From positions 489,366,001 to 489,430,000 of the forward strand of contig NC_067398.1 of the NCBI RefSeq assembly GCF_016432865.1: a stretch of DNA of 64,000 bases, given 5' to 3'. The notes under the pieces are model-generated. The model saw nothing but the letters and a program-made list of their open reading frames with translations. It was not told the DNA's origin and did not search any database. The position numbers were made by a program, and so were the translations under genes. Numbering within the stretch: the first letter of the stretch is position 1; each line of letters begins with the position of its first letter. Source of the stretch: Antechinus flavipes (Eukaryota). Below, in pieces: positions 1 to 12,100 of this stretch.

Positions 1-154
1 ATTGGAGAATACAGAGCCCATTGTTTCCTAAGTGCTTAATAATGTTTATTTAATTGAATTGTATAAACAGAAGTCAAATTTTAAAGGATATTAAGGTATG
101 ATGTGATGTAATCCTTTCTAACTGAAGGAGTATGCTTACTTACATTTGATGATA

Positions 155-265
155 CTAATCAATCAATGGGTATTTATTAAGAGCCTACTATGTGCTAGGC
201 ACAATTCTAGTTGTCTTTAATACAAAGATTAAAAAAAGATCCCAGTTTTCAAAGAGACTACATTC
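155..265 (-). mobile_element. L2 LINE 3' end relic
   Basis: TATTTATTAAGAGCCTACTATGTGCTAGGCAC matches the antisense L2 3' terminus motif. Confidence 0.7.
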
Positions 266-324
266 ACAAATATATTGATATATAGAAACATATGGTAAAG
301 TGTAACAGAAGAAGAGGAAGTAGA

Positions 325-420
325 GAGAAAATTGGCCTCCGAGTCAAGAAATTTGAAGCCAGCTTCTGACACATATTGGCCATGTGACATGGCAAATCAA
401 TTAACCTCTCAGGAAACTCT
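325..420 (+). mobile_element. MIR (CORE-SINE) fragment
   Basis: GAGTCAAG...TCTGACAC...TGTGAC.TGGCAAATCA.TTAACCTCTC core-SINE motif. Confidence 0.55.
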
Positions 421-1309
421 GAGACCATCAATTGCAGGAATAGTAGCCAAGAGACATTTTGGAGAGCATCTCCCCACCAATGTTTCCCCACACAAATGAA
501 ATCACAGAATTGTACCAAAGCAAAGGATTACTTGACTAAGAATCAGGAATTGCTTAGGCAAGAATAAACATCATGGACCCCAGTTTCTCCCCTATATAAA
601 ATGATGAGGATTGAATTAGATATTTACTTTAATTTCTTCCAACTTCATTAAGGCACCTTTCCTCCACCCCAGTGCTTTATCTACTTTGTCACTTAGCTTG
701 TCCTATTTATACTAAATCCAAGGTAATTTTCAAGAGGAATTACTGGTGGCTTGCCTGAGGGGCTTTTGAGCTAAGTTTTGAAAGAACCAATCAGAAGGAA
801 GTGTATTGCACGCGTAGGAGATATATATCTTGTATCAAGATATAAAGTGTGTTGCCCAGGTATGGCAAAAACAGCTAAGTGGTACAGTGGAAAATGCTGG
901 TAGATCCTAAACAAGTTATTTATCCTGTCTGCCTTTATTTCCTCAACTGATAACACAATAACAATAACTGTGGTTGTTAAAATTTCTAAATAACTTTGCA
1001 AATCTTAGACTTTATAAAAATAAGTGCTAGCTATTATTAGCAATCATTATTCATGTCTTGTGTAAGAATCAGCAAGAAATCCACTATAGTAGAACCAAAG
1101 AGCAAATGAAGAAAGAAATATGTATAATATTGGATAAGTAGGTTAGAACGAACTAAATTTTGAAGAGCTTTTAAGTGTCAGAGGATTGTATATTTGATCT
1201 TAGAGGTAAAAAAGAATCACTGAGTACAGGAAAATGATAATAATAGTTGGCATTTATATATTTATTTAAGTTTTATCTAATTGGATCCAACTGCTTCAGA
1301 TAGGCAGTA

Positions 1310-1460
1310 CAAGATATTAAGCCTGTTTTATAAATGAGGAAATTGAGTACCATAGTGGTTAAGGGACCTTCAAATGAATAGTCCCATACCTAGTGTCCTG
1401 GTTGAAGTAGATTTCAAATTCAAGCCTTTTAAATGACCAAGTCCAGTATTTTTTTTTTTT
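1310..1460 (-). mobile_element. MIR fragment
   Basis: TTTTATAAATGAGGAAATTGAG...GATTTCAAATTCAAG antisense MIR core. Confidence 0.6.
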
Positions 1461-4400
1461 TTTTTACCATACTGCATCTAAAAATCTAGATGGAACATAA
1501 TAGATCCTATTGATATAGACACTCAAATCTATTGTGTAGTTATGTTTGAAGTTATCACCAGTATTTGGGATATGAAGGGGAGACTGAGTGGATTTTTCTT
1601 TTTCAAAGAGATTATTTGTCTATGTTAGGTGCATTACCATATATTCTCATTTCTGTGGCCATGTAGTTCTCATGGTTATTGAACAATAAAATTAGCACAG
1701 TTTTTTATGTTTCTGAAATGAAGTGTTTTGAAAATGTGTACCCTTTGTTATTGACTTACTGTTGGTATATTAATTATCATGTGTAAAATGCCAGGTGGTT
1801 ATCCCTGAAGGGGGAATGGATGACCTGCTTATGCTAAGCATTTGTCCCAGCCATTTAATTTTCCTGTGGCCATATCTTCTCCACATTTGCTGTCTAACCA
1901 TATGGATATGTTCTATTTTAAAATGAGTGAATTTTCAATTAAAATTTAAATTAATCATACTTAATTTTTTTTAAAGAGTTGATCTCATGGTATGGCAAAA
2001 TCTTATTCTTTTAACAGCTCTATTCAGTGTGTGCAATATGTGTTACTTTGATTCTGGGTTAAGTTGAATTTTTAAAAGATTTGTAGCTCTAGTAATCCAC
2101 ATCGTTCACATTTTAGTAATGGAATGGTTCACTTATATTTGTATTTTTAAGGAAGCCATTAAACCTAGGTCATTGGCATATTTAGTCATTTAATTCTCTA
2201 TCTTAAATTTGAGGGTTTTTTTTTTTTTTTTTTTAGTTTTCAGGTAAAACCATTCTACATCTTCCCTCTTCCAAGATTTCTAAGAATGGTACATTTATAT
2301 CATCATCTAGTGTTGGCAGTTCTTTTATGAGTAATATTAATATTGTGGTGTTTTGGACGCCATGCTAATTTGCTTATTTGGAACACTAGGATATCATTTA
2401 TTTAAAGGCATTGTTTCCTTACATTACCTTGTGCATAGTCAAGTCTTTGGGCCTCAGTTTTCTGTAAAAATAAAGTTTTGGTCTAGGTGATCTTTAATGT
2501 CAGTTATAACTCGGACTCCGGTTTTAATAGATTAACTGTCCATGAAACACTCTATTCCACAAAAACAGTATCAATTGTCTCACAATAAAGACAAGTATAA
2601 TTATCTTCAATTTTATTGGTGATGCTCTGAGAGATGGAAACATCTTGACCATTGCCTCTATAGGTATTAAAATATCTGAGGCAAGATTGAAACCATGAAA
2701 TTCTGATTTCAAACTATTTCTTCATTCACCATGCAATAGTTCCTCCCACAAGTAATCATGAGACCAAGGCCAATGTCTTTAGTCAGTCTAGAATGATACT
2801 TCACTGCTTTGGATGCAGTATAGTTGAGCTGACTATTTGCTACCTTGTTTCTTCCTCTGTGGGTATTTCCAGTAAACTCCCTCTTTTCTTCCAAGCACTC
2901 TTCTACTCTGTGAAATTCATCCTTAATTATAAGGGCTTACATAAAGTTTGTGGACCTTTTGGTTATATTAAATGGTACCTTGATGTTCTGAAGTAGTTAG
3001 TACACATATTTTTTTAAATCTGTTTATGCTAGGGAAACTGCAACCAAATGCTTGAGAACTGTTTATTTAAGAACATTTTATACATATATTTGTTATAAGG
3101 GCAACTAAATGAAATAAATTTGGGGGTATTATTTCCATTTCTAAGAGATGGACAGATTGAGTCATAGAGGTTGTTGTATGTATAAGGTCATGGCAGGTTA
3201 ATAACAGAGCCAGGACTCACAATTTAGCCATCTCTAACTAAAGCCTTGTATGACATAATAACATCTGTATTTTTCACTGACACCACATCTAGATAAATGG
3301 CAACTCTGTACTATATCTTGACATGAGGTGTCATTATTAACAACAAATATTTGACATCTCTCCATGACATTGAATTTAAAGACAAATAGCAAAATTTTAA
3401 TGAATCTTGGAAGTTTATTGTGGAATTACATTAGAAAAGGAGTAAAACAACTGAGAAGTAAATAAAGTTAAACTGTGCTAATAAATATATATGCCTTGAA
3501 ACATTAACTTCTAAAAATTAATTTAAAGTGTTTTGATATTAGTAGGGTGGGATAAGCTAAATTTTTATAATTAGTGGTGCTTGAGTAGTTGTAGAATCAA
3601 AAGGTTAGGTAGGGTTAAAGAGATATCTAAAGTTTGTATTGTTTCTTTCTTTGGTTGCTGGGCAAGAGTTATTCATCCAGCAAAATAACTTTCCTTTATA
3701 CTTTGAAAAGCATTTTCTTCTCTGGACATATTACAAACAACTATGATGAGATCAGGCTTATGTGTCTCCAGTACTTAGTGTCAAGAAATCCCAGTAGCGT
3801 GGATTGATAGGATGTCAGTGTTGGAAGGGACATCAGTGGCCTTGTAGTACAGTTGGAAACTAAAGGAACATCCTGTCTGTTACATGCTGGCTGCGTTTTC
3901 GTGTAGCCCTTTCTTGGGTACCTTTAGTGAAAAGGAACTCTCATATCATCCAACTTACTGTAATTGTGAGGAAGTTTCCAGTGTCTCTCTTCTACTCCTC
4001 TTTGTCATGGTTTTAAATCAAGTCTTCCTGGTGCTATCCTTAGTGGCAATAGAAACTAATCTATTCACTGTTCTCAGTGTAAGAATCTCATTAGAACTCT
4101 GTTCATGTAATAACTATAATTCAGTCTCACAGGTGTATCTGGATTGAATGAGATATTGTGGTAAAACTTGCAGAATATTATATAAATATTAAACATTACT
4201 TATTGCCATTAATTGTAATAAATACTTATTCTTTCTTAACAATGTGGGTATTTTCTGACATTTGTCCAAACTCTGTTTAACCGTTTGTATAAACAGCCTC
4301 TTCTGATTCAATTACAGTTTCTTTATATTTTGATTTAAATCATGTAGCTCAAACATAGACCTTGTTATCCTAAGGTCTGAAGAATGGGTTTTATTATACG

Positions 4401-6929
4401 ACAATAACTCATTGGATCTATATTCTCTGTTTTTAAAAGTTTATCCAAGGAGAATTTATATTTAAAAAAAAAAAAAAAGAAAGAGCAAAAAAAAAAAGTT
4501 TGCCTTCTTTATGTTTAGTTTGAGACTCATTCTGATCCCAACATTCCACTGCCTGTATTTCTTTCTCAATTTCCTTAGGAGAATTGCCTTGACCTCATTC
4601 AATTAAACTTCTCTTCCTTTGCTGGGCGGTTTACTAAGATAAGGTGTCATTGACATTAGGATTAGGTCTTTTTTGTTTATTTTCTTCATTTTTGGGATTC
4701 TGATGTTCTTCAGACTTTAAATCTGTGTGCATATTCTTTCTCAACCATTCAACTTTCTCCATGACCAATCTGAGTGACCAATCTGAAAGTATTTCCTAAG
4801 GGAATAAATATTTTGGCATATCTCAACTTGAATACGTTTATATTTAGAATTTGATGAAAGGGCCAAGTGGGACAAACAGAAAAAAGTTACAAATGGGTAC
4901 ATTTTATAAAGCTGTTTATCCCAAGTAGCACTGTTATTTTCCTCTAAGGGTCTCTGTAGATATAAGTGAAATGAAACATAAACTTAATGGTCTTAAGCTA
5001 AAATCCATCACCAAAGTGCCCCCTCATCCAGAGGAATTTCCATGTCAGGAGTTTTTAATGGCCCTTCGGCCTCAGCTGTGCTGAGGTCAGCGTGTGTGTG
5101 CTTTCCTGTTCGTTTTAGATCACTGTGGAATTTTTCAGCTTTTAGGATGATGAGTACACAAACTAGTCAGGTTTTATGTTTGGTTCAATGAATGTCTGTG
5201 TCCACATAACTGAAGATGAAATAAGCCAGCTCCCAGAGACATGTACTGATTAGTTGTGGGAGGAATTGGACAAGTTATCTACTGGTGACATGGGTGTGAC
5301 TCACCCCTTATCTACTGATGACTAAATTTTCCATATACTTCCAGTGTACTGATAGTGCTTTTCAGATCTGCTAAATATATTCCTAGCTGTTAGCAGTTAA
5401 TTGTCCAGCACTTTTATTATCAGTTAAAGTTAAATGCTAAGGTCACCCTGTCCTTCCAATCTTGTAATTCTAATATAAAACATGTATGGGAGGGGTCATA
5501 AAAAAAAAAAAAACCTAAGAATTAAATGTAAGGTTGAATAACTTTTATTTCAAATGCACATTTAACTTAATGTTTTAAAAATAAATTTCCATTTTGTTAT
5601 CTTGTTTTTCTATTACCTTCATTTCCGAATATATTTTCTCTTCTACTCCTTGAACCATCCCTTTTAACAAAGAATATTAAAGAAAGGGGAGAAAAAGTCG
5701 CTAAGCAAAACTAATCAAAGAAATTAACTGAGTCTGACATTACATGCATTAGTCCACACTCAGTTTCTCCTCACACACCGCAAAAAAGGATTGCAGGGTA
5801 GGAATGCAGTTTAAAAAAAAAAAAAAAACCATCACATTAAAAAATAGTTTAGGCTTTTTCAGTTTATATAGTTTGTACTCACAATTCATTTATGTTGGAG
5901 ATGGGTCTTTTGTCTTGAGATGGTCAAAAATTGAGGCAAACTTTTTTGAATATACAATACTAAAATAACATTTGTATACGTGGATGAGAGAGTTGCTGAA
6001 CATGCACATGTTTTTAATTTGCTGGGGAAAAAAAACCCAAACCACTTCTATTTAAAATTTAAGTGAAATAACATTTTAAAGGCAAGATAAAACCAAGGAA
6101 AACGCCCAGAAGGGGAAGTACAGTTTATTATATGTTATATATTCCAGGAGTATAAATGTATGTGTAAATTTCCCTTATTCCATTTAAAATTTGATAAAAC
6201 ATGAGAAAGTAAACAGACAAAAAAAAAGTACAAGGTTCATAAAACTATTAGAAATAGTTGTGCAATTTAGTACAGAGTATTCTGCAAATAGATTTTTTTT
6301 TCTTTACCTACTTATGTTTGTTTCTGTCCAATTATGTGGGATTGAGGAATAGGGGACAGAAATAGAGAAAATACTTCAGGCATTTAAAATCAGAAATTGA
6401 GATTGCAGATGTTACACTGTTAGAATGAGAATTGATAGTTGAAATTATTATTTTTTTTTTTTGTAGTTGTTGAGAGAAACCTGCCCTTTTCCATCTATAA
6501 GTGATCAAGGGGAAGTCCTTATAGATTTGGAACCCTCTAGTAATGATAGTTTCTGGAGGACTCTTTTGCTTTCCTAGGCCCTGATCCTTAGGTTTGAAAT
6601 CAGCCTTCAAAATCTTGAACTCTAAAGTCTGTGGAAGTTTTGTTCTATTTTATTTTTATTCGAATGCCTTTAGCAATACCAAAAGCTGAGTGTCATTGGA
6701 GATCATTTAGTCTTATCTATCTTACTTTAGAAATAGCAAATGAGGCTGTTCAGAGAAATTAAAAAATGATGGGTTCAAGGAATTCTGTGATCAGCCCAAG
6801 TTTTCCTGAGAGGAAAGGAATTGTTCCTAAATAAAGCCCTTGTTGATGGATCAAATAGGTCTGAGAAGAGAAGCTGATGTAGAGAAAGTGATAGAAAGAC
6901 TGTGCACAACAGCAAACCTGGATCTTGTC

Positions 6930-7110
6930 TAGAGTTGGGGAGGAGATAGTAATGGGCCTCCAAAGGCTAACTAACTAGTTCAACTCTCTCATTTTATAGA
7001 TGAGAAAATTGAGGCCTACCGGAGTTTAGTTAACTTGACTATGGTCCTATCAGTAAGAATACCAAGGATAAGATTTGAACTTTAGTTTCCTTGTCTCAAG
7101 GTCTGTGATC
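6930..7110 (-). mobile_element. MIR fragment
   Basis: CTCATTTTATAGATGAGAAAATTGAGGCCT...GATTTGAACT. Confidence 0.7.
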
Positions 7111-7490
7111 TTTCCTTTGCATGAGCTTGCCAGGTTGATGCTGTAGAGAAATTTAAGTATTTCTATTTAAGAAAAAAAGAAGGTTAAACCCCAGATAGTA
7201 CTCAAGTCTGGTAGACTGTATGGTTCTTTGAAGAAGGTATGATTCATTGGAAAGGGGAAAGATAAATGAAAAAACTTTTTTTTTTTTGGATTGAATTTAA
7301 AAATAAATTTCCTGGGTATATACACTAATGAAAATTCTTGGACCTCCCTATTACTGTTTGTCAGATATTTTACATATACAAATGTTGTTCTTCCCAGTAA
7401 TATTGCAAGCTCTCTCAGGCTTGTATCTTTCCATATCATTTTTTTTTTTTTTTGCAATCTCATTTGCACCTAGTTAAAAATGATTCAGTG

Positions 7491-7718
7491 GAATAATAAT
7501 AATAACAAAACACTGAGCACTTATATAGTGTTTTATTGTTTGCAAAGCACTTTATGAATATCTCATTTTATCCTCACAGACAACCCAGATGCTTTTATTA
7601 TCCCAACTTTACAGATGAGGAAACTGAGGCAAGCAAGCTTTGCTCAGAGGTCACATAAAATGTCATTTGACCATAGGTCTTCCTGACTCCAGGACCAGCC
7701 TTCTATCCATTATGACAC
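7491..7718 (-). mobile_element. MIR, near full length
   Basis: AATAATAATAA tail, TTTACAGATGAGGAAACTGAGGC core, TCCTGACTCCAGG 5' part. Confidence 0.8.
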
Positions 7719-9104
7719 ACAATTGCCCCACCAAGTTAAACAGACCCCTCCTCTTCTTTGGAAAATTGAGGACAGATTCCCAAAAGATTGATGACATTCA
7801 GACCATCTTTATTTTGGTGACTTCTGTGGTGAATGTAGAGGAATATGATTCCAACCTTGCTTGAATGATTACTTCCTTTACAATCCCATATACTTTGCTC
7901 ATTCTCTTTCATTGCTACCTAAGTCTTATTTCGGTCTGACTCCCAAGTTGAGTCTCCTGCAGAGCTAATTTACTTTTAGTGGCCTGAAAACCTTTATGTA
8001 TCTCCCAGAGTGCCTAATGGACTCTCAGGAAGTCATTTATTCAGTGGGAGAATGTGGTGTAGGGTACTATTGTTAGTCTTAGGGCTGAAACTTTATCATG
8101 TAAACATTTAAAACTACCAAATGAGAGATTTATTTTTCTATAGAATTAGTAAAATGTGATTATTTTCTCTTCAAGTATCAAGTGAAGAGATTTTAATTCA
8201 AAAGTAAAATAAAGTGTAATGAGGGTGTCAGGTTTTTTGCATTAACCCTCTCAGCTTAAGAAAGGACACCATATGTCCCTTTACTTGTATATTCCTGTTA
8301 TGACAAGTCCTTCTGTCAAAAATGATTTTTTCCAGAGCTATAGTATGTAAATGCCTGGTTAATCACTTAGAGGAAGAAAAGATAACATCCGTTTACCAGT
8401 ATTGGCAGTAATACTTTCTTAGCAAGAATAAGAACAGGACTCTTTAAACAGATGACATTAAGGATATACTTTCTACAACTCTAGAAGTATGTAATTTTAT
8501 AGATAGAAATTGGATTTCTAATCCTGATTTTTCAAATTTTATATTTAATTTTTTTAGGTTTCCATTTTGTTAATAGGGAAAAATGAAAATGATGGCTTGA
8601 TGCCAGTAATCAGTAAAGCCACCCAGAAGCAGTCTGTGTTTTGTTGTCCTGACTTGAACATTTTGGAATTACCTATGATGATTTTTCCCTCCTTTCTCTG
8701 TGTAAGGACCAAGGCTATAGATCATTTTTAATGACAGTTTGAACAGAATTCCTTTTGTCTTATGGTTCTTAGTCCTTCTGTTTCATGTCAAAGAAGGCAA
8801 ACTTGGCCAAATAATTCAGCCATCAGTATTAATTAGATTCAAGTGAGCTTGCTGGTAAACTAATCCAAAGGGGTTCAGAGAGAAAGGAAGACATTGCTTT
8901 TAGTCCTAAAGACTTTTAGATATTCATACAGCCAATGCCAGTCTATTCAGGCATTTCCTAGGAATTCCTTTGTTATCTGGGAGATTATTACTATGGAATT
9001 TGTAATGTATTTTACCAGGGTTATAAAGTTGGTTTGGTTCCTGGCCTACCTCAGAATCCTTCTATTTGGCTCAATGTTATTATTATCATAAAAGTCTTCT
9101 AAAT

Positions 9105-9497
9105 TTATTATTTTTTTAAAAAGCTTTTTATTTTCAAAACATATGCATGGATAATTTTTCAATACTGACTTTTGCAAAACCTTGTGTTCCAAATTTCCCA
9201 CCCTTTTCCCCACCTTTCACCTACCTGGCAAGTAATCTAGTATATGTTAAACATGTTAAAAACATATATTAAAAACCAATATATGTGTAAATATTTATAC
9301 AATTATCTTGCACAAGAAAAATCAGATAAAAAAAGGAAAAATGAGAAAGAAAACAAAATGTAAGCAAACAACAAGAAAAAGACTGAAAATGTTATGTTGT
9401 GATCCACACTCAGTTCTCACAGTTGTCTCTCTGGGTATAGATGGTTCTCTTCATTATCAGATCATTGGAATTGGACTCAATCATTGTTGTAAAGTGA
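9105..9497 (-). mobile_element. L1 LINE 3' UTR fragment, marsupial subfamily
   Basis: AAAACATATGCATGG.TAATTTTTCAA...GCAAAACCTT.TGTTCCAA is collinear with the L1 3' end at 60577-60950 in this window. Confidence 0.85.
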
Positions 9498-11989
9498 CTT
9501 AGTATTATTAATAGTGATGTGAAATTCCTAATCAGAATTCATATGTCACTTCTCTCCACACACTGGCCTTATTGCTTTGACTGATGAATGCTCTTCCATG
9601 TTTTGATTCCATACCTTTAGACGGGCTTTCTCTCATGCCTGAAATTTTTTAATCTCCTTAAAGATAGGGATTATTTTGCTTCTATCTTTGGGTCCCTAAC
9701 TCCTAGCACAAGGATTGGCATTTAATAATTTAGGTATTTAATAAAACTTGTTGATTGATTGGTTTTGATAACCTTATTCCTATGAGAAAACAGATTTAAA
9801 TGCAATTGGGGGGCAGTATATATAACATCTTCCCAGAACTCTCCTTACTCTCCAAAACAAATCTTACTGAGGAGACTCCCTTCTTCATTTATTGCTCAGA
9901 TTAATGTGAGGAGAATAAGAAAGATGGAGATGGGAAGATTGTAGGACTAGGCCTTGGTGATTTCCCTTGGGGCTGAGTGTATGGAAGGCTGGGAGAGACA
10001 AAAACTAAAAGGGTCAGAACCTGCCAAGATTGGTCCCATTGGATTGAAGATTCTGAACCACAGCCATCTGAGTTGGGAAGAGACTTCTGGTTGCTGTGAT
10101 CTCCACAGAATCAAGATAGTGTCTAAAAATCCAAGAGTAGTAGGGATGGACATGATTCTAGTGGGATCTTTGGACATGTCATTTCATTTCCTAGTTCCCT
10201 CATCTTAAAAATGAGGGAGGTAAACTAGAAGGCCTTAGGTATTGCCCTGGGCCTTGGGTCTAACTCATGGTACTAAAAAAAGGCAAGGACCAGGTCTGTG
10301 TTTGCCTATGGCAAGGAACAGGTCTCTGTTACTTTCTAATTCACTGGCCAGGGGCTTGCTTTGCCTGGGGTAATTCCTCTTCTCCTTCTACAATCTAGTG
10401 TCAGAATAATTTTGGCAGCTCCTCTCTTCCTGTACTATTGTTTTAGACCTCTCCAATATCTGCCGCCAAATGGTTTTGCCTCTTGGGGCACCACGTGTTC
10501 ACCACCTGTGTAGGGCATAGATAGCTCTCTGTGGGTGCCTGGCCTTTTGAAGTTTCCCTCCTTGGAAACGGATTTCAGTTCTCACTTATCCCTTGACCAG
10601 CTTTGATTTGCTCAGCCATCCTCATACACCAAGACTTGGGCTTCTTTGATGTCTGTTAGTGAGCCTTTATGCTTCATTAAAGAGATATTTTCAACCCCCA
10701 AACAAAGTCTCAAATGGGTTGTCAAGCAAAGTATTTATATGTTCCATAGGGAGAAATCTTCACTATAGAAATAAAGGTTTTATTCTTTCAACTTTGACCT
10801 AGGTCTTCTTGATCATTCTTTCTACTTGTATATATGAACAAGGGTGGGAAGATAGAAATGGACATTTATAAATATAGGTCGTTTTCAATTCATATTTTTT
10901 ATGTAGGACACTATGTTATAGATCCTAAGAAAACTTGAGAATAGTGTGAAATGAGACTTTGCCTTTGGATGATCTAAATAATAAACCTCTTTTTGAGTTT
11001 AATAACAATTTGCAGATTAAAGTATTTAATTTGGCAATTGCATTCTTCTAGTAGTCATGATTCCAAAGAACATTCAGCAAACTCAGTCACATTGGTAAAT
11101 ACCCCTAAACTAAAACTTGGATTGAAATTCTCTTATCAAAAAGAGTCTGGTAGCATCCTTGTGAAATTCAACAGATGTTGAGAGCCACAAAAAGAAGAAT
11201 TCTGTAAGTATTCTCCATAGGGAACAGCTTGATTGATCAAAGATTTTTTGTATATACAGATTATAGTTAGGGGACATAATAGTTAATGTTTAATGTGAAC
11301 AAACACTGTAGAGCAGGATAAACTTACAAATGGATGACTAGAGTTTATCTGCTTGACTTGGTACATGGACCTCTTCTAATCTGGGATGAGGAGGAAATTT
11401 TTTTGTTTTTGTTGGCACTGAACCTTAGCCACCATTCCAAGACTAACTATGGTTCCAAGCCAGCCAATTGGACTGGATGTGTGTGTGGATGCAGTGCTTC
11501 AGACCTAGACTGATTTGACCATGAGCATAAAAAGTATGTGGAGTTTTTTCTAAGGCTGGGTTTTTCTACATCACAAAAGCCCCTTTTCCTTTCTGGCCTA
11601 ATAAAAGAATCATCAAGAAGCGTATATTTTAGAGCCAAAAGGTATTTTAGGGAGCACTGAATTAGTGACCTTCCACTTAGTTCCCATGTCTTTTCATGTT
11701 AAAGATACATATAGAGATTACTGGGACCCTGAATCTACTTATTAGGTGACTTGCCATCATGTAGTAAATGAGAGAACAGGGATCAGAATTCAGGTTTTCA
11801 AGTCTTGTGAATATTTGTTTTGTTTCTTCTTGTCTTACTTTATACTTAATCCCCTGAGCCCCTATTTCCCAAAGCCTCGCACTCCATTTCTGGGCTTTTA
11901 GAGTTATTTTTTTCCCTTCTTTTGCTGAAATCTAGGTTTTCAACTCATTTCTCTAGCTAGTATTTGCTACTTTCAAACTCTCCTTTATG

Positions 11990-12100
11990 TGTTGTCTTCC
12001 TACATGGGAATATATGCCCCTTGAGGGCAGGGAATATATTGCTTGCTTATTTTTGTATCTCTGTCCTGACACTTAGAAAGTACTTAATAAATGCCATTTT
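11990..12100 (+). mobile_element. L2 3' tail
   Basis: CCCCTTGAGGGCAGGGA...GTACTTAATAAATG. Confidence 0.65.

Noticed and set aside
4762-4786. Tandem TGACCAATCTGA (double CCAAT box)
   Set aside because: A 12-bp slippage duplication with no CpG island or other promoter context.
5119-5170. Small exon after the acceptor at 5118
   Set aside because: Poor donor (GTTTTA) and no recognisable peptide.
11050-11209. Exon ending at donor TCT|GTAAGT (11204)
   Set aside because: No convincing upstream acceptor giving an open frame to the donor.
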